A stretch of 64,000 nucleotides of DNA, from assembly GCA_041664585.1 (NCBI GenBank), contig JBAYKL010000004.1, forward strand, positions 19,775-83,774, given 5' to 3'. Made by a program: the position numbers and the translations under genes. The notes beneath the pieces are model-generated. The model was not told where the DNA came from. It saw nothing but the letters and a program-made list of their open reading frames with translations, and ran no database searches. Shown one piece after another: positions 27,949-38,080 of the stretch (positions are counted from its first letter, which is position 1; the number at the start of each line of letters is the position of its first letter). Source of the DNA: Minisyncoccota bacterium (GTDB lineage Bacteria > Patescibacteriota > Minisyncoccia > Phycocordibacterales > GWA1-40-21).

Positions 27949-29730
27949 ATGCAACTTGATAATAAACAAATCAAAGAATTTATTATAGATGCGGGGCTTG
28001 TGAGCCGAACAGAATATGATGAAATGGAAAAAGAGGCAGATGCTTTAGTCCATGGTTCTGGTCAATTCAACAAAAAGGATACAGTAGAAAAGCTCCTTGT
28101 TAGCAAGGGAAAGATTTCAGAGGATGATTTACGCAGAGCCCAAGCATATGTTTACGGTATTCCATTTGTAGATCTAAAAGGGCAGAAGATAGATTTTATG
28201 GTTCTTTCTCTTATACCAGAACCTATTGCTAGAAAAAACAATATTGTTGCATTTAGAAGAAATATTGATTCTCTTGAGGTTGCAATGTTAGATACAGATG
28301 ATCTTGCTTCAATTGAATTTATAAAGAAGAAAGTTGGGCTAAAGATTTCACCTCGTCTTACTGACACCGACTCTATTAAGAGTGCAATTCTACAATATCA
28401 AAAAAGTCTAAAAGCTGAATTTGGTGACTTAATACAAAAAGATGTTGCCGCTTTAAAGACTACTGACACGTCTGTGGTGGCGGGTGATTCTCCAAATGAC
28501 TCTCTCAAAAAACTTGCAGAAGATTTACCCGTTGTTCGTATTGTAGATACTCTTCTTAAACATGCTGTATTACAGAATGCTTCTGATATTCATATGGAAT
28601 GTATGGAGAATGAAATGCTTGTGAGATATAGGATTGATGGACTTTTGCATGATGCAATGATTCTTCCAAAAAATGCTTCAATGAGTATTACGGCTAGAAT
28701 AAAAGTTCTTGCTAGCTTAAAGCTGGATGAAAAGAGATTGCCACAAGATGGTAGATTCAAAATCGATGTAAATGGTGAGCCAGTTTCTTTCAGGGTCTCA
28801 ATTATTCCTACATATTTTGGAGAGAAAACGGTTATGAGGCTTTTGAGAGAGGGAGGCGGGGGCTACACTCTTGAGTCTATGGGTTTCCATGGAGAAACAT
28901 TAGAGAGAATATATGAAGCTACAAAACAGGCAAATGGCATGATCCTTACGACTGGTCCTACTGGATCTGGTAAAACAACAACCTTGTATTCCATACTAGA
29001 AATCCTCAATACTCCAGATGTAAATATTTCTACTATCGAAGACCCTATCGAATATCAAATGCCTAGAGTAAATCAAACCCAAGTAAAACCAGAGATTGGT
29101 TTTACATTCGCTAATGGTTTAAGATCTTTAGTTAGGCAAGATCCAGATATCATAATGGTTGGAGAAATCAGAGACACCGAAACGGCATCTCTTGCTGTAA
29201 ATGCAGCTCTTACTGGACACTTGGTTCTTTCAACTTTACACACCAATAGCGCTGCTGGTGCAGTACCTAGGCTTATAGATATGAAGATAGAGCCTTTTCT
29301 ACTTGTTTCTACAATAAATATAATAATGGCGCAAAGACTTGTAAGAAGACTAGGAAAAGTAAAGGAAAAATATTTGCTTTCTAAAACAGAACTTCAGGAA
29401 CTATCTAAAGTAGTAGATATGAATAGAGTCTTAGAATTTTTAAAAGCAGAAAAAGTTGTTGGAGAAAAGGATGATTGGAGTAAAATTCATTTCTATAAAC
29501 CAAAAGAATCAGAGGATGCAAAAGATGGTTTCTCTGGCAGAGTCGGAATACATGAAGCGCTTAGGATGACGGGGACTATAAAAGACTCGATTATGAAAGG
29601 AGCTACATCAGACGAAATAGACGCACAAGCTAAAAAAGAAGGCATGATCTCAATGTTTGAAGACGGTGTCTTCAAAGCTGCTTCTGGACTTACCACTCTT
29701 GAGGAAGTTTTGAGAGTGGTTTCTGAGTAA
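27949..29730 (+). CDS. pilB: Type IV pilus assembly ATPase PilB
   Basis: RLPQDGR, GPTGSGKTT, RQDPD, TLHTN; first gene before pilC. Confidence 0.93.
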   Translation: MQLDNKQIKEFIIDAGLVSRTEYDEMEKEADALVHGSGQFNKKDTVEKLLVSKGKISEDDLRRAQAYVYGIPFVDLKGQKIDFMVLSLIPEPIARKNNIVAFRRNIDSLEVAMLDTDDLASIEFIKKKVGLKISPRLTDTDSIKSAILQYQKSLKAEFGDLIQKDVAALKTTDTSVVAGDSPNDSLKKLAEDLPVVRIVDTLLKHAVLQNASDIHMECMENEMLVRYRIDGLLHDAMILPKNASMSITARIKVLASLKLDEKRLPQDGRFKIDVNGEPVSFRVSIIPTYFGEKTVMRLLREGGGGYTLESMGFHGETLERIYEATKQANGMILTTGPTGSGKTTTLYSILEILNTPDVNISTIEDPIEYQMPRVNQTQVKPEIGFTFANGLRSLVRQDPDIIMVGEIRDTETASLAVNAALTGHLVLSTLHTNSAAGAVPRLIDMKIEPFLLVSTINIIMAQRLVRRLGKVKEKYLLSKTELQELSKVVDMNRVLEFLKAEKVVGEKDDWSKIHFYKPKESEDAKDGFSGRVGIHEALRMTGTIKDSIMKGATSDEIDAQAKKEGMISMFEDGVFKAASGLTTLEEVLRVVSE

Positions 29731-29741
29731 AATAAATTAAA

Positions 29742-30953
29742 ATGCATTTTAAATTTAAAGCGGTAAAAAGTAGCGGAGAGAAATATGAAGGAGTGAGAGA
29801 ATCTCGCGATAAGTTTTCTTTATATGCAGAGATAAAAGCAGAAGGGGATACTTTAATTACAGCAAAAGAGATTTTTAAAAAAACTTCTAGTTTTTCAAAA
29901 ATTGATGGTTTTATAAATAGAGTTCCAATGCATCAGAGAATAATCTTTGCTAAGAATTTAGGCTCTATGTTAGATGCAGGTCTTTCTTTGGCCCGTGCTT
30001 TAGCTGTTCTCGAGAAGCAGGTAAAGAATGGAAAGCTAAAAAGTATAATTACTTCAATTTCTATTGATATCAAAACCGGTAGAACTCTAAGTGAAGCACT
30101 AAGACCTTATCCAGACACTTTTTCCCAACTTTTTATTTCCATGGTAAAAGCAGGAGAAGAAAGCGGAAAGCTTTCCGAATCTCTTATTATAGTAGCCGCA
30201 CAAATGGATGGTAATTATAAACTTAAGCAGAAGATAAAGGGAGCAATGATATATCCGGCTGTTATTATCTCCATCATGATTATTATTGGTGTTCTTATGC
30301 TCATCTTTGTCGTACCTAGCGTTACGGCTACATTTAAGGATTTAAAAATTCAACTTCCTTTTCTAACTAGAATTCTTATTGGCGCTAGTGACTTTTTGAA
30401 AAATAATATATTTATTTCTTTTATTGCCGTCATTGCCGTTTCGGTTGGTACATATTTATTATCAATTTCATCTAAGGGCAAAAGATTTTTGGATGGACTG
30501 TTTCTAAAAATGCCAGTGGTAGGGGATTTGGTAAGGGAAACTAATTCGGCTAGAACAGCCAGAACAATTTCATCTCTTCTTTCTTCTGGTGTGGCTTTTG
30601 CAGAGGCGATCTCTATAACTCAGGATGTTGTACAGAATTCTTTTTTCAAAGATATTCTTAAGGAAGCTCGTATAAAGGTTGAAAAAGGAGAAACGATTTC
30701 GAGTGTGTTTTTAAGTAAAACAAATATTTGCCCTATTTTTATAGGAGAAATGATGAGTGTTGGGGAAGAGACAGGAAGACTTCCGTCTATGCTTATGGAG
30801 GTTGCACTTTTTTATGAAAATTCAGTAGATCAAAAGACGAAAGATCTTTCTACTATAGTGGAGCCAGTACTTATGGTTATTATAGGCGTAGCCGTTGGAT
30901 TCTTTGCTCTTGCTATGATCACTCCAATATATTCTTTGATGGATACAATTTAG
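29742..30953 (+). CDS. pilC: Type IV pilus platform protein PilC/GspF
   Basis: GEESGKL, AMIYP, GEETGRL, EP motifs. Confidence 0.95.
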   Translation: MHFKFKAVKSSGEKYEGVRESRDKFSLYAEIKAEGDTLITAKEIFKKTSSFSKIDGFINRVPMHQRIIFAKNLGSMLDAGLSLARALAVLEKQVKNGKLKSIITSISIDIKTGRTLSEALRPYPDTFSQLFISMVKAGEESGKLSESLIIVAAQMDGNYKLKQKIKGAMIYPAVIISIMIIIGVLMLIFVVPSVTATFKDLKIQLPFLTRILIGASDFLKNNIFISFIAVIAVSVGTYLLSISSKGKRFLDGLFLKMPVVGDLVRETNSARTARTISSLLSSGVAFAEAISITQDVVQNSFFKDILKEARIKVEKGETISSVFLSKTNICPIFIGEMMSVGEETGRLPSMLMEVALFYENSVDQKTKDLSTIVEPVLMVIIGVAVGFFALAMITPIYSLMDTI

Positions 30954-30971
30954 AAGTGGCAAATTAATTTA

Positions 30972-31463
30972 ATGCAAAAGAAAAATCTTAAAAGAGGAAT
31001 ATTACTTGTTGAGGTTATCATATCTGTTTTTATTATTTCTGTTGTTGTGAGCGTGCTTATAACAGCAAGTAATTTGTATTTAACAGCTTCCTCTTCTGGT
31101 TTGAAATCTACAAAGGCAATGTACTTTGCTCAGGAGGGGATGGAGGCCGTTAGAATTATAAGAGACAAGTCTTGGCAGGACTTTCAGAGCCTTAATGAAG
31201 GAGAAGATTATTACTTGTATTTTTCAATATCTGCTTCAAGTACCTGGAATGCAACGACATCGGTTTTCTATAAAACTACAGGTGGTATAGATAGATGGTT
31301 TGTGATAAGCCCTGTGCGTCGTGCGTATACTAGAATTACAGAAGGTGAAGGAGAGGTTGATCTATATACAAAGAAAGTTGATGTTTTTGTTTCCTGGCAA
31401 GATAGGGAAAGGGTGATTACAAAAACATTATCAACCTATTTAACAAAAATAATTCCAGATTAA
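30972..31463 (+). CDS. Prepilin-like protein (PilV-like minor pilin)
   Basis: KRG|ILLVEVII class III signal; AQEGMEAVR. Confidence 0.85.
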   Translation: MQKKNLKRGILLVEVIISVFIISVVVSVLITASNLYLTASSSGLKSTKAMYFAQEGMEAVRIIRDKSWQDFQSLNEGEDYYLYFSISASSTWNATTSVFYKTTGGIDRWFVISPVRRAYTRITEGEGEVDLYTKKVDVFVSWQDRERVITKTLSTYLTKIIPD

Positions 31464-31978
31464 TGAATAAAACATCATTTAAAAAAGGGTTTTCTTTTCC
31501 AGAAATATTGGTTTATATAGCCATCATGACCACTATCTTACTTATTGTCGTTAATATAGTTTTTTTTGTTTCAAAATCCATAAGACAATCATCCTCATAT
31601 AATAATATAAGAAACTCAGCAGTATTTGGTTTAGAGAAAATTAAAAAAGAGGTAATGTCTTCATATGGGATTGATTTAAATCAGAGCGTGTTCGATTCTT
31701 CAAATGGGGTTCTTGTTTTAAATTCAAAAGATGAGAATGATATTTCTAAAACGATCAAATTTTATTTAGACGACGGTTTGGTGAAGATGGACATTGACGG
31801 AGATTTTGCGAGCACAGTTACTTACAGTGACACGAGAGTTTTGAAACTATTTTTTGTACCAATAGACACTGTAAATTCCAAGGGTGTAAAAATAGAGATG
31901 GGTATTAGCGGGGAGGGTACCAATTTTTTGGTTGCCGAAGATTTCTATAGTACTGTTGTCCTAAGAAACTCATATTAA
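31463..31978 (+). CDS. Prepilin-like protein (PilW-like minor pilin)
   Basis: KKG|FSFPEILVYIAI class III signal. Confidence 0.85.
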   Translation: MNKTSFKKGFSFPEILVYIAIMTTILLIVVNIVFFVSKSIRQSSSYNNIRNSAVFGLEKIKKEVMSSYGIDLNQSVFDSSNGVLVLNSKDENDISKTIKFYLDDGLVKMDIDGDFASTVTYSDTRVLKLFFVPIDTVNSKGVKIEMGISGEGTNFLVAEDFYSTVVLRNSY

Positions 31979-31980
31979 TT

Positions 31981-32379
31981 ATGAATACTGTTATCAAAAG
32001 ACAAAATAATTTAAAGAGTGGACAGGTAATGATTTTGACCGCTATCTTTTTTGTTGTTTTTACATCTGGTATCTGTTTGGGTTTGATAGACCCAGTAGTA
32101 GAACAAATAAAAAATTCCAATTATTATTGGAATTTAAATGAAAGTTATTATTTAGTAGAAGCTGGAGTTGAGGATGTTGCTTATAGATTTAAAGGTAACG
32201 TAAATATGAATGGAGAAGAGACAACCTTGATAAATCAATCCGGAATTGTTACCGACATATCAGAGCAGGACGGTAATGGTATCACAGTTTCTGCATTGGG
32301 TGATGAAAGAGTAAGGACTGAACTAAAAAAGGGCATCGATGAACAACCCTTTGAGATATTAAATTGGAGAGAAATATAG
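31981..32379 (+). CDS. PilX-like minor pilin
   Basis: SG|QVMIL lacking Glu5; SYYLVEAGVED; C-terminal WREI. Confidence 0.75.
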   Translation: MNTVIKRQNNLKSGQVMILTAIFFVVFTSGICLGLIDPVVEQIKNSNYYWNLNESYYLVEAGVEDVAYRFKGNVNMNGEETTLINQSGIVTDISEQDGNGITVSALGDERVRTELKKGIDEQPFEILNWREI

Positions 32380-32440
32380 TTATTTGAGAATAAGGCTATT
32401 TCTTCCAAAAAACACCATTTGGTGATAATATGTTTATTAT

Positions 32441-33610
32441 ATGAATAGTGATAAAAACTCTAAATTAGTTATAAATATTACAGCAGGGTCTTTCTTTAAG
32501 GCCGTATTAATTGTCTTGGGTCTATGGTTTTTGTTTTTTATTAAGGATTTAGTCTTGGTTGTTTTGACAGCCGTTGTTATTGCATCAAGTATCGAACCTT
32601 TAGTAACCTGGTTTAAGAAATTTAAAATAGCTCGTTTACCAAGTGTTATTATTACTTACCTTACTCTTCTCGCTATGTTCGTCGGACTATTTTATTTCTT
32701 TGTGCCATCAGTTTTAAATGAGGCATCAAGTTTTCTTTCTTCCGTCCCTAAGTATTTAGAAACAACTCCTCTCTGGAACCCTTTGAATGTTAATAAAGAA
32801 GATGTTACAAAAACCCAAAAGATTGCGCAAACTCTTTCTGCAGGCATAAGTGATCCTGAGCAGCTTGCCGCTAATCTTACCAGTCAGGGGCTAAGTACTA
32901 TAAAAGCTTCAGGCTTAGGTCTTAAGGACATCATATCTGGTATTCAAAGTGTTACATCAAATGTGTCGGATGGTTTTATTAAAATAGTTTCAGCTGTATT
33001 CGGTGGACTTCTATCTTTTATTCTTATTGTGGTTATTTCTTTCTATCTCGCAGTACAAGAAGATGGTGTGGCGAAATTCCTTGGACTTATTACTCCAGTA
33101 AAACATGAAAAGTATATTGTTGATTTATGGAAGAGATCACAGAGAAAAATAGGGCAGTGGATGCAGGGTCAGCTTTTGCTTATGATTCTCATAGGAGTTT
33201 TAACATATCTTGGCCTTATGATCTTAGGTGTAAAAAATGCGATTCTTCTCGCTGTCCTTGCTGGTCTCCTTGAGATCATTCCTTTGTTTGGTCCAGTTAT
33301 AGCTGCTATTCCAGCAATACTTGTCTCTTTTGTAGATGGGGGGATCACTGCTGGTTTGTTGGTTACAGGCCTTTACGTTATTGTTCAACAATTTGAGAAT
33401 CACCTCATTTATCCGCTTGTTGTAAAGAAGATTGTTGGAGTTTCTCCAATTTTTGTCATTCTCTCTATTATTATCGGTGCAAAATTAGCTGGTTTCTTGG
33501 GCGTTGTACTTTCAGTTCCAATAATTTCTGCAATCATGGAATTTGTTGATGATATAGATAGAAGAAAAACTCTTTTTTGGCGAAAGGCAGAAGAATCAAA
33601 AGAATCCTAA
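32441..33610 (+). CDS. AI-2E (PerM) family transporter
   Basis: IPLFGP, QQFENHLIYP, multi-TM. Confidence 0.92.
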   Translation: MNSDKNSKLVINITAGSFFKAVLIVLGLWFLFFIKDLVLVVLTAVVIASSIEPLVTWFKKFKIARLPSVIITYLTLLAMFVGLFYFFVPSVLNEASSFLSSVPKYLETTPLWNPLNVNKEDVTKTQKIAQTLSAGISDPEQLAANLTSQGLSTIKASGLGLKDIISGIQSVTSNVSDGFIKIVSAVFGGLLSFILIVVISFYLAVQEDGVAKFLGLITPVKHEKYIVDLWKRSQRKIGQWMQGQLLLMILIGVLTYLGLMILGVKNAILLAVLAGLLEIIPLFGPVIAAIPAILVSFVDGGITAGLLVTGLYVIVQQFENHLIYPLVVKKIVGVSPIFVILSIIIGAKLAGFLGVVLSVPIISAIMEFVDDIDRRKTLFWRKAEESKES

Positions 33611-35052
33611 TGAAAAAACCATTTTATATTACAACTACTCTTCCATATGTGAACGCTAAGGCCCATATAGGACACGCTTTAGAATTTACACGTGCGGATA
33701 TTATAGCTCGTTACAAAAAACTCGCTGGGTATGAAGTGTTTTTTAATACAGGATCAGATGAGCATGGAATAAAGATTTATAATAAAGCTCAAGAAGAAGG
33801 AAAGGATGTACAGACCTATGTGGATGAATATGCTCAAAAGCTAAAAGACGTTTTGAAGATGCTTGGGATATCAGAAGATATAAATTTCATCAGAACGACT
33901 GATGAAAGCCACATAAAAGCAGCACAAGAGTTTTGGAGAAGGTGTGATAAAAATGGATTTATATATAAAAAGAATTACAAAATAAAATATTGTGTCGGTT
34001 GTGAATTACAGAAATCAGATTCTGAGCTTGTAAATGGAAAATGTCCTGATCACCCAAATAGAGAGTTAGAGCTTATAGATGAAGAAAATTATTTTTTCAA
34101 ATTTTCTGCACTTGGTGAAAGACTCTTGAAATTCTATGAAGAAAATACAAAGTTTGTTATCCCTGATTTTAGATTTAATGAAATAAAAGCTTTTGTAAAA
34201 AGAGGACTGTCTGATTTTAGTATTTCAAGATTAAAATCTAAGATGCCGTGGGGGATAGAAGTACCAGGAGATGAAAACCAAGTGATGTATGTTTGGTTTG
34301 ATGCTCTTGTAAACTATATTTCTGCTATTGGTTGGCCAGATGATTTAGAAAAATTTAACAAATGGCATGTAGAGACTGGTGGAGTGGTGCAGTATTGTGG
34401 GAAGGATAATCTTCGTCAGCAGTCAGCGATGTGGCAAGCAATGCTTATGGCTGCAGATTTACCAAATTCAAAAACTATTGTAATAGACGGCTTTATTACA
34501 GGTGCCGGAGGTATAAAGATGAGTAAAAGCTTGGGTAATGTTGTTGATCCAATAGACCTTATAAATGAATACGGAACAGATGCTTTGAGATATTACCTTG
34601 CAAGAGAAGTTTCTTCTTTCGAAGATACACCTTTTACAAAGGAGATGTTTAAGGAATCATATAATGCAAATCTTGCAAATGGATTGGGGAATCTTGTGAG
34701 TAGAATAATGAAGATGGCAGAAAGTAATTTATCTGAACCGGTTTCAATTACAGAAATATTTAGTTCAGAAGAATATGTAAAATACATAGAGTCATACGAT
34801 ATTCAAAAAGCTACAGATTTAATTTGGAAAAAGATTGCTGAAATGGATTCTAAAATACAAAGTACTCAACCATTTAAATTAGTAAAGACTGATAAAGAAA
34901 AAGGGTGTGAGATTATAAAAGAATTAGTAAAAGACCTATCTGCTATTAGTGATTTACTTTTACCAATTCTTCCAGAAACTTCTGAGAAAATTAAAGCTTT
35001 GATTGTTTCAAACAAATCTCCAGAAAAGCCTCTCTTCCTAAGAAAAGAATAG
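33610..35052 (+). CDS. metG: Methionine--tRNA ligase (short form)
   Basis: YVNAKAHIGH, YVWFDAL, KMSKS; start set to MKKPFY. Confidence 0.97.
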   Translation: MKKPFYITTTLPYVNAKAHIGHALEFTRADIIARYKKLAGYEVFFNTGSDEHGIKIYNKAQEEGKDVQTYVDEYAQKLKDVLKMLGISEDINFIRTTDESHIKAAQEFWRRCDKNGFIYKKNYKIKYCVGCELQKSDSELVNGKCPDHPNRELELIDEENYFFKFSALGERLLKFYEENTKFVIPDFRFNEIKAFVKRGLSDFSISRLKSKMPWGIEVPGDENQVMYVWFDALVNYISAIGWPDDLEKFNKWHVETGGVVQYCGKDNLRQQSAMWQAMLMAADLPNSKTIVIDGFITGAGGIKMSKSLGNVVDPIDLINEYGTDALRYYLAREVSSFEDTPFTKEMFKESYNANLANGLGNLVSRIMKMAESNLSEPVSITEIFSSEEYVKYIESYDIQKATDLIWKKIAEMDSKIQSTQPFKLVKTDKEKGCEIIKELVKDLSAISDLLLPILPETSEKIKALIVSNKSPEKPLFLRKE

Positions 35053-35053
35053 T

Positions 35054-35824
35054 ATGGAAATTAAATATATAGACATTCACTCCCACCTCGGTTTTGAAGA
35101 CTATGGTAATGATATAGGAGAAGTAATAAAAAGAATGCACGAGAATGGTGTAGCTACTATTACGATAGGTACTGGTTTAGAAAGCTCTAAGGAAGCCGTA
35201 AGAATCGCAGAAGAGAATGAAAATATTTGGGCATGTATTGGTGCTCATCCAGATGATAATTCAGACGAAAGTTTTGATGAGAACGAATATGAGAAGCTTG
35301 TAAAAAGTTCCAAAGTTGTAGCCATAGGGGAATGCGGTTTAGATTATTTTAGAATTAAACCAGAAGATGTAGAAATAAAAGAAAAACAGAAAGCAGAATT
35401 CATAAAACAAATAGAGTTTGCTATTAAATACAATAAACCTTTAATGTTACACATTAGAAATGCACATGATGATGCATATGAAATATTAAAGAAATATGAA
35501 GGAAGAGTAAGAGGAGACTTACATTTCTTCACTTCAAATATTACAAACGCGAAAAGATTTACAGATCTAGGTTTTACAATTTCTTTTCCAGGACTCATTA
35601 CCTACATGAGAGATTTTGATAAAATAATAAAAAGTATTTCGCTTGATAAGATCCACGCAGAGACAGATGCTCCTTTTGTTGCACCTGTTCCACACAGGGG
35701 AGAGAGGAACGAGCCTTCATATGTTATAGAAATGTATAAGAAAATAGCGGAAATTAGAGGAGAAGATTTTGATACAGTTAGGATTCATTTAATTGAAAAT
35801 GCTAAGAAATTGTTTGGGATATAA
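35054..35824 (+). CDS. tatD: TatD family nuclease
   Basis: DIHSH, GECGLDY, LH.R, ETDAP; follows metG. Confidence 0.95.
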   Translation: MEIKYIDIHSHLGFEDYGNDIGEVIKRMHENGVATITIGTGLESSKEAVRIAEENENIWACIGAHPDDNSDESFDENEYEKLVKSSKVVAIGECGLDYFRIKPEDVEIKEKQKAEFIKQIEFAIKYNKPLMLHIRNAHDDAYEILKKYEGRVRGDLHFFTSNITNAKRFTDLGFTISFPGLITYMRDFDKIIKSISLDKIHAETDAPFVAPVPHRGERNEPSYVIEMYKKIAEIRGEDFDTVRIHLIENAKKLFGI

Positions 35825-35863
35825 GCATTGCTCCCATCTCTTCAGTACGCTATAATATCCCTA

Positions 35864-38005
35864 ATGACCAAGAAACTAACAACTCTTTCTATACTTTTAG
35901 TTACTCTAGTCTTAATAACCGGAATCACAGCTGCTACTCATGTTCTTATACCAAATAAACAAACTTCAGAATCTACCTTTCACTCCCTAAACGATATCTA
36001 CAATCTAATAATGTCAGGTACAACAAAAGATGTACCAAACTCTCCTGTATTTACAACAAATACTCCCACAGCAACCACCTCACACTCCATAGGAGAGATC
36101 TACACCATATTAGCTAATATAAAAGTAGACAAAGCTTCAAGCACTACAGGTTCACTTATTCCAACTGCTTCTGCATCAACAGACTACACTTTAGAAGATA
36201 TATGGAATTTAATAAATAACGGTACATATGCTACCAAAGGAGCACACCTCAGAGCTACTACTTCTAGTCCCGTTCCTACTATGCATACCACTTCAGAGAT
36301 CTATGACCACTTAAACACAACATTCAGAAACAATCTTTCATTAAGTAAAGTCAGAAGTGGCGCATACTATTTCGGGAACTCAAATCCTGGTACTTTTGTT
36401 ATGGCTAATCTTGATGAATACTGCGATGCTAATGATGAGTGTTCGACTGGGTGGTGTGGGGATGATAGTTGGTATGGCTGGCAGACTGGGACTACACAAT
36501 GTACTACAGGAGAAATCGGATCAGTTTGTAATAACGTAAATCAATGTTCTACAGGGTACTGTGGTTACGGACGATGTACCGATGGCTCTATAGGTAGTAT
36601 GTGTGATTCAAACAGTCAGTGCTCGACAGGGTTCTGTGATGTAAATGTCACTAGTACTTGTACTGATGGAAGTATAGGTTCAGGTTGTGGTTCCAACGCC
36701 GACTGCGCTACAGGATTGTATTGTGGAGACGTATACGGAAATTATGGTTACCCAACATGTACTGATGGTTCTGTAGGCCAATATTGTGGGCCAGATTCAT
36801 GTGCCCCAGGTAATTATTGTAACTATAACGATTATACTTGCGCTGCTACTGATGGAAACTTAGGTTCAAGCTGTGGACGACAATCCGATTGCGATGCTGG
36901 GTTGTATTGTAGTGAAGTAAGTTATACATGTACTGATGGCTCTGTTGGCGCAGCTTGTTACCAGGGTAATCAATGCTCTTCAGGGTATTGTAATACTGAC
37001 TTTAGTGAATGTACTACTGGTGCACTAGGAGATGCTTGTGGAGCTAATGGAGATTGTATCTCTGCTTATTGTGGATATGACGGAGTACAGAGTTTCTGTA
37101 CTGACGGAAGTATTGGTTCAGATTGTAATACTAATATTGCTTGCTCATCAAACCTTTGTAGTACAGTAACTGGCCAATGTATTAGTGGTGAGGTTGGTTC
37201 TACTTGTACTGTATCTCAAGAATGTACTTCTACTTATTGTGATACTTCAATTGGTGAGTGTAAGTTGAACGGAGAAGATGGGACTTCTTGTGGAGGAGCT
37301 TCTGAGTGTGACTCATATCTCTGCTCAAGTAATATTTGTACCATATATCCTTTGTTAGATTTTCTTGTAGCTTATTATCCTCTAGACGAGATATATAATA
37401 CTAACAAGACCCGCGATTTGTACGAAAGCTCATTAGATGGAACATTATATGGTAATACTTCAGTGTATAGTCCTGGTAAGGTTAATGGAGCGTTTACGTT
37501 TGATGGTAACGGAGATTACATAAATGTCCCAGGCGCTCAATTCAATTTAGATGATCAATTTACGATCTCTCTTTGGTACAATTCTTCAAAAGATACAACC
37601 GCTGCAAATACTTGGACTGGTATTGCTAGTAAGGGCGGTTACAGTAATAGCTGGAGACTTTTGGATCTCGGCAAACATTTCCAGTTACAATTGACCTTTG
37701 GTACAGACACAACTCCATCCAGAACAATTAATTCTCCATCTTGGACGATTGGTACCTGGCATCATTTGGTGGTTACTTATGATAGGTCTAATATTTACAC
37801 ATATTTTGATGGGGCTCTTGTTGGTAGTCCAATAGCAGAAACAAGGACTTTAAAAACTAGCGTCCAGTCTTTGCAAATTGGTTTTGCTCAATTCTCTAAC
37901 AAAGGAAACATAGATGAATTTGCTATATGGAAACGTGCACTTACCGTAAACGAAGTTGCCCAGCTTTATAATAATGGTAATGGCATGAGTATTATTACTC
38001 CATAG
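35864..38005 (+). CDS. Secreted/anchored Cys-rich repeat protein with C-terminal LamG domain, paralogue B
   Basis: Clear paralogue of 16657-18891; 11 four-Cys repeats; AYYPLDE...IDEFAIWKRALT; promoter TTGCTC-N17-TATAAT 7 nt upstream. Confidence 0.88.
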   Translation: MTKKLTTLSILLVTLVLITGITAATHVLIPNKQTSESTFHSLNDIYNLIMSGTTKDVPNSPVFTTNTPTATTSHSIGEIYTILANIKVDKASSTTGSLIPTASASTDYTLEDIWNLINNGTYATKGAHLRATTSSPVPTMHTTSEIYDHLNTTFRNNLSLSKVRSGAYYFGNSNPGTFVMANLDEYCDANDECSTGWCGDDSWYGWQTGTTQCTTGEIGSVCNNVNQCSTGYCGYGRCTDGSIGSMCDSNSQCSTGFCDVNVTSTCTDGSIGSGCGSNADCATGLYCGDVYGNYGYPTCTDGSVGQYCGPDSCAPGNYCNYNDYTCAATDGNLGSSCGRQSDCDAGLYCSEVSYTCTDGSVGAACYQGNQCSSGYCNTDFSECTTGALGDACGANGDCISAYCGYDGVQSFCTDGSIGSDCNTNIACSSNLCSTVTGQCISGEVGSTCTVSQECTSTYCDTSIGECKLNGEDGTSCGGASECDSYLCSSNICTIYPLLDFLVAYYPLDEIYNTNKTRDLYESSLDGTLYGNTSVYSPGKVNGAFTFDGNGDYINVPGAQFNLDDQFTISLWYNSSKDTTAANTWTGIASKGGYSNSWRLLDLGKHFQLQLTFGTDTTPSRTINSPSWTIGTWHHLVVTYDRSNIYTYFDGALVGSPIAETRTLKTSVQSLQIGFAQFSNKGNIDEFAIWKRALTVNEVAQLYNNGNGMSIITP

Positions 38006-38017
38006 TAAAATAAACAG

Positions 38018-38046
38018 AAAAGGCGGGCCCTTCGTGCCCGCCTTTT
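38018..38046 (+). terminator. Intrinsic terminator
   Basis: AAAAGGCGGGC-loop-GCCCGCCTTTT. Confidence 0.8.
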
Positions 38047-38080
38047 GCATTTCTCTCTCTGTTAAGATATCATTTGCCTA

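Noticed and set aside
17256-36535. Near-identical DNA blocks in the two LamG paralogues as a DGR template/variable repeat pair
   Set aside because: No reverse transcriptase in the window; both copies are inside ORFs; mismatches are synonymous and not confined to adenines
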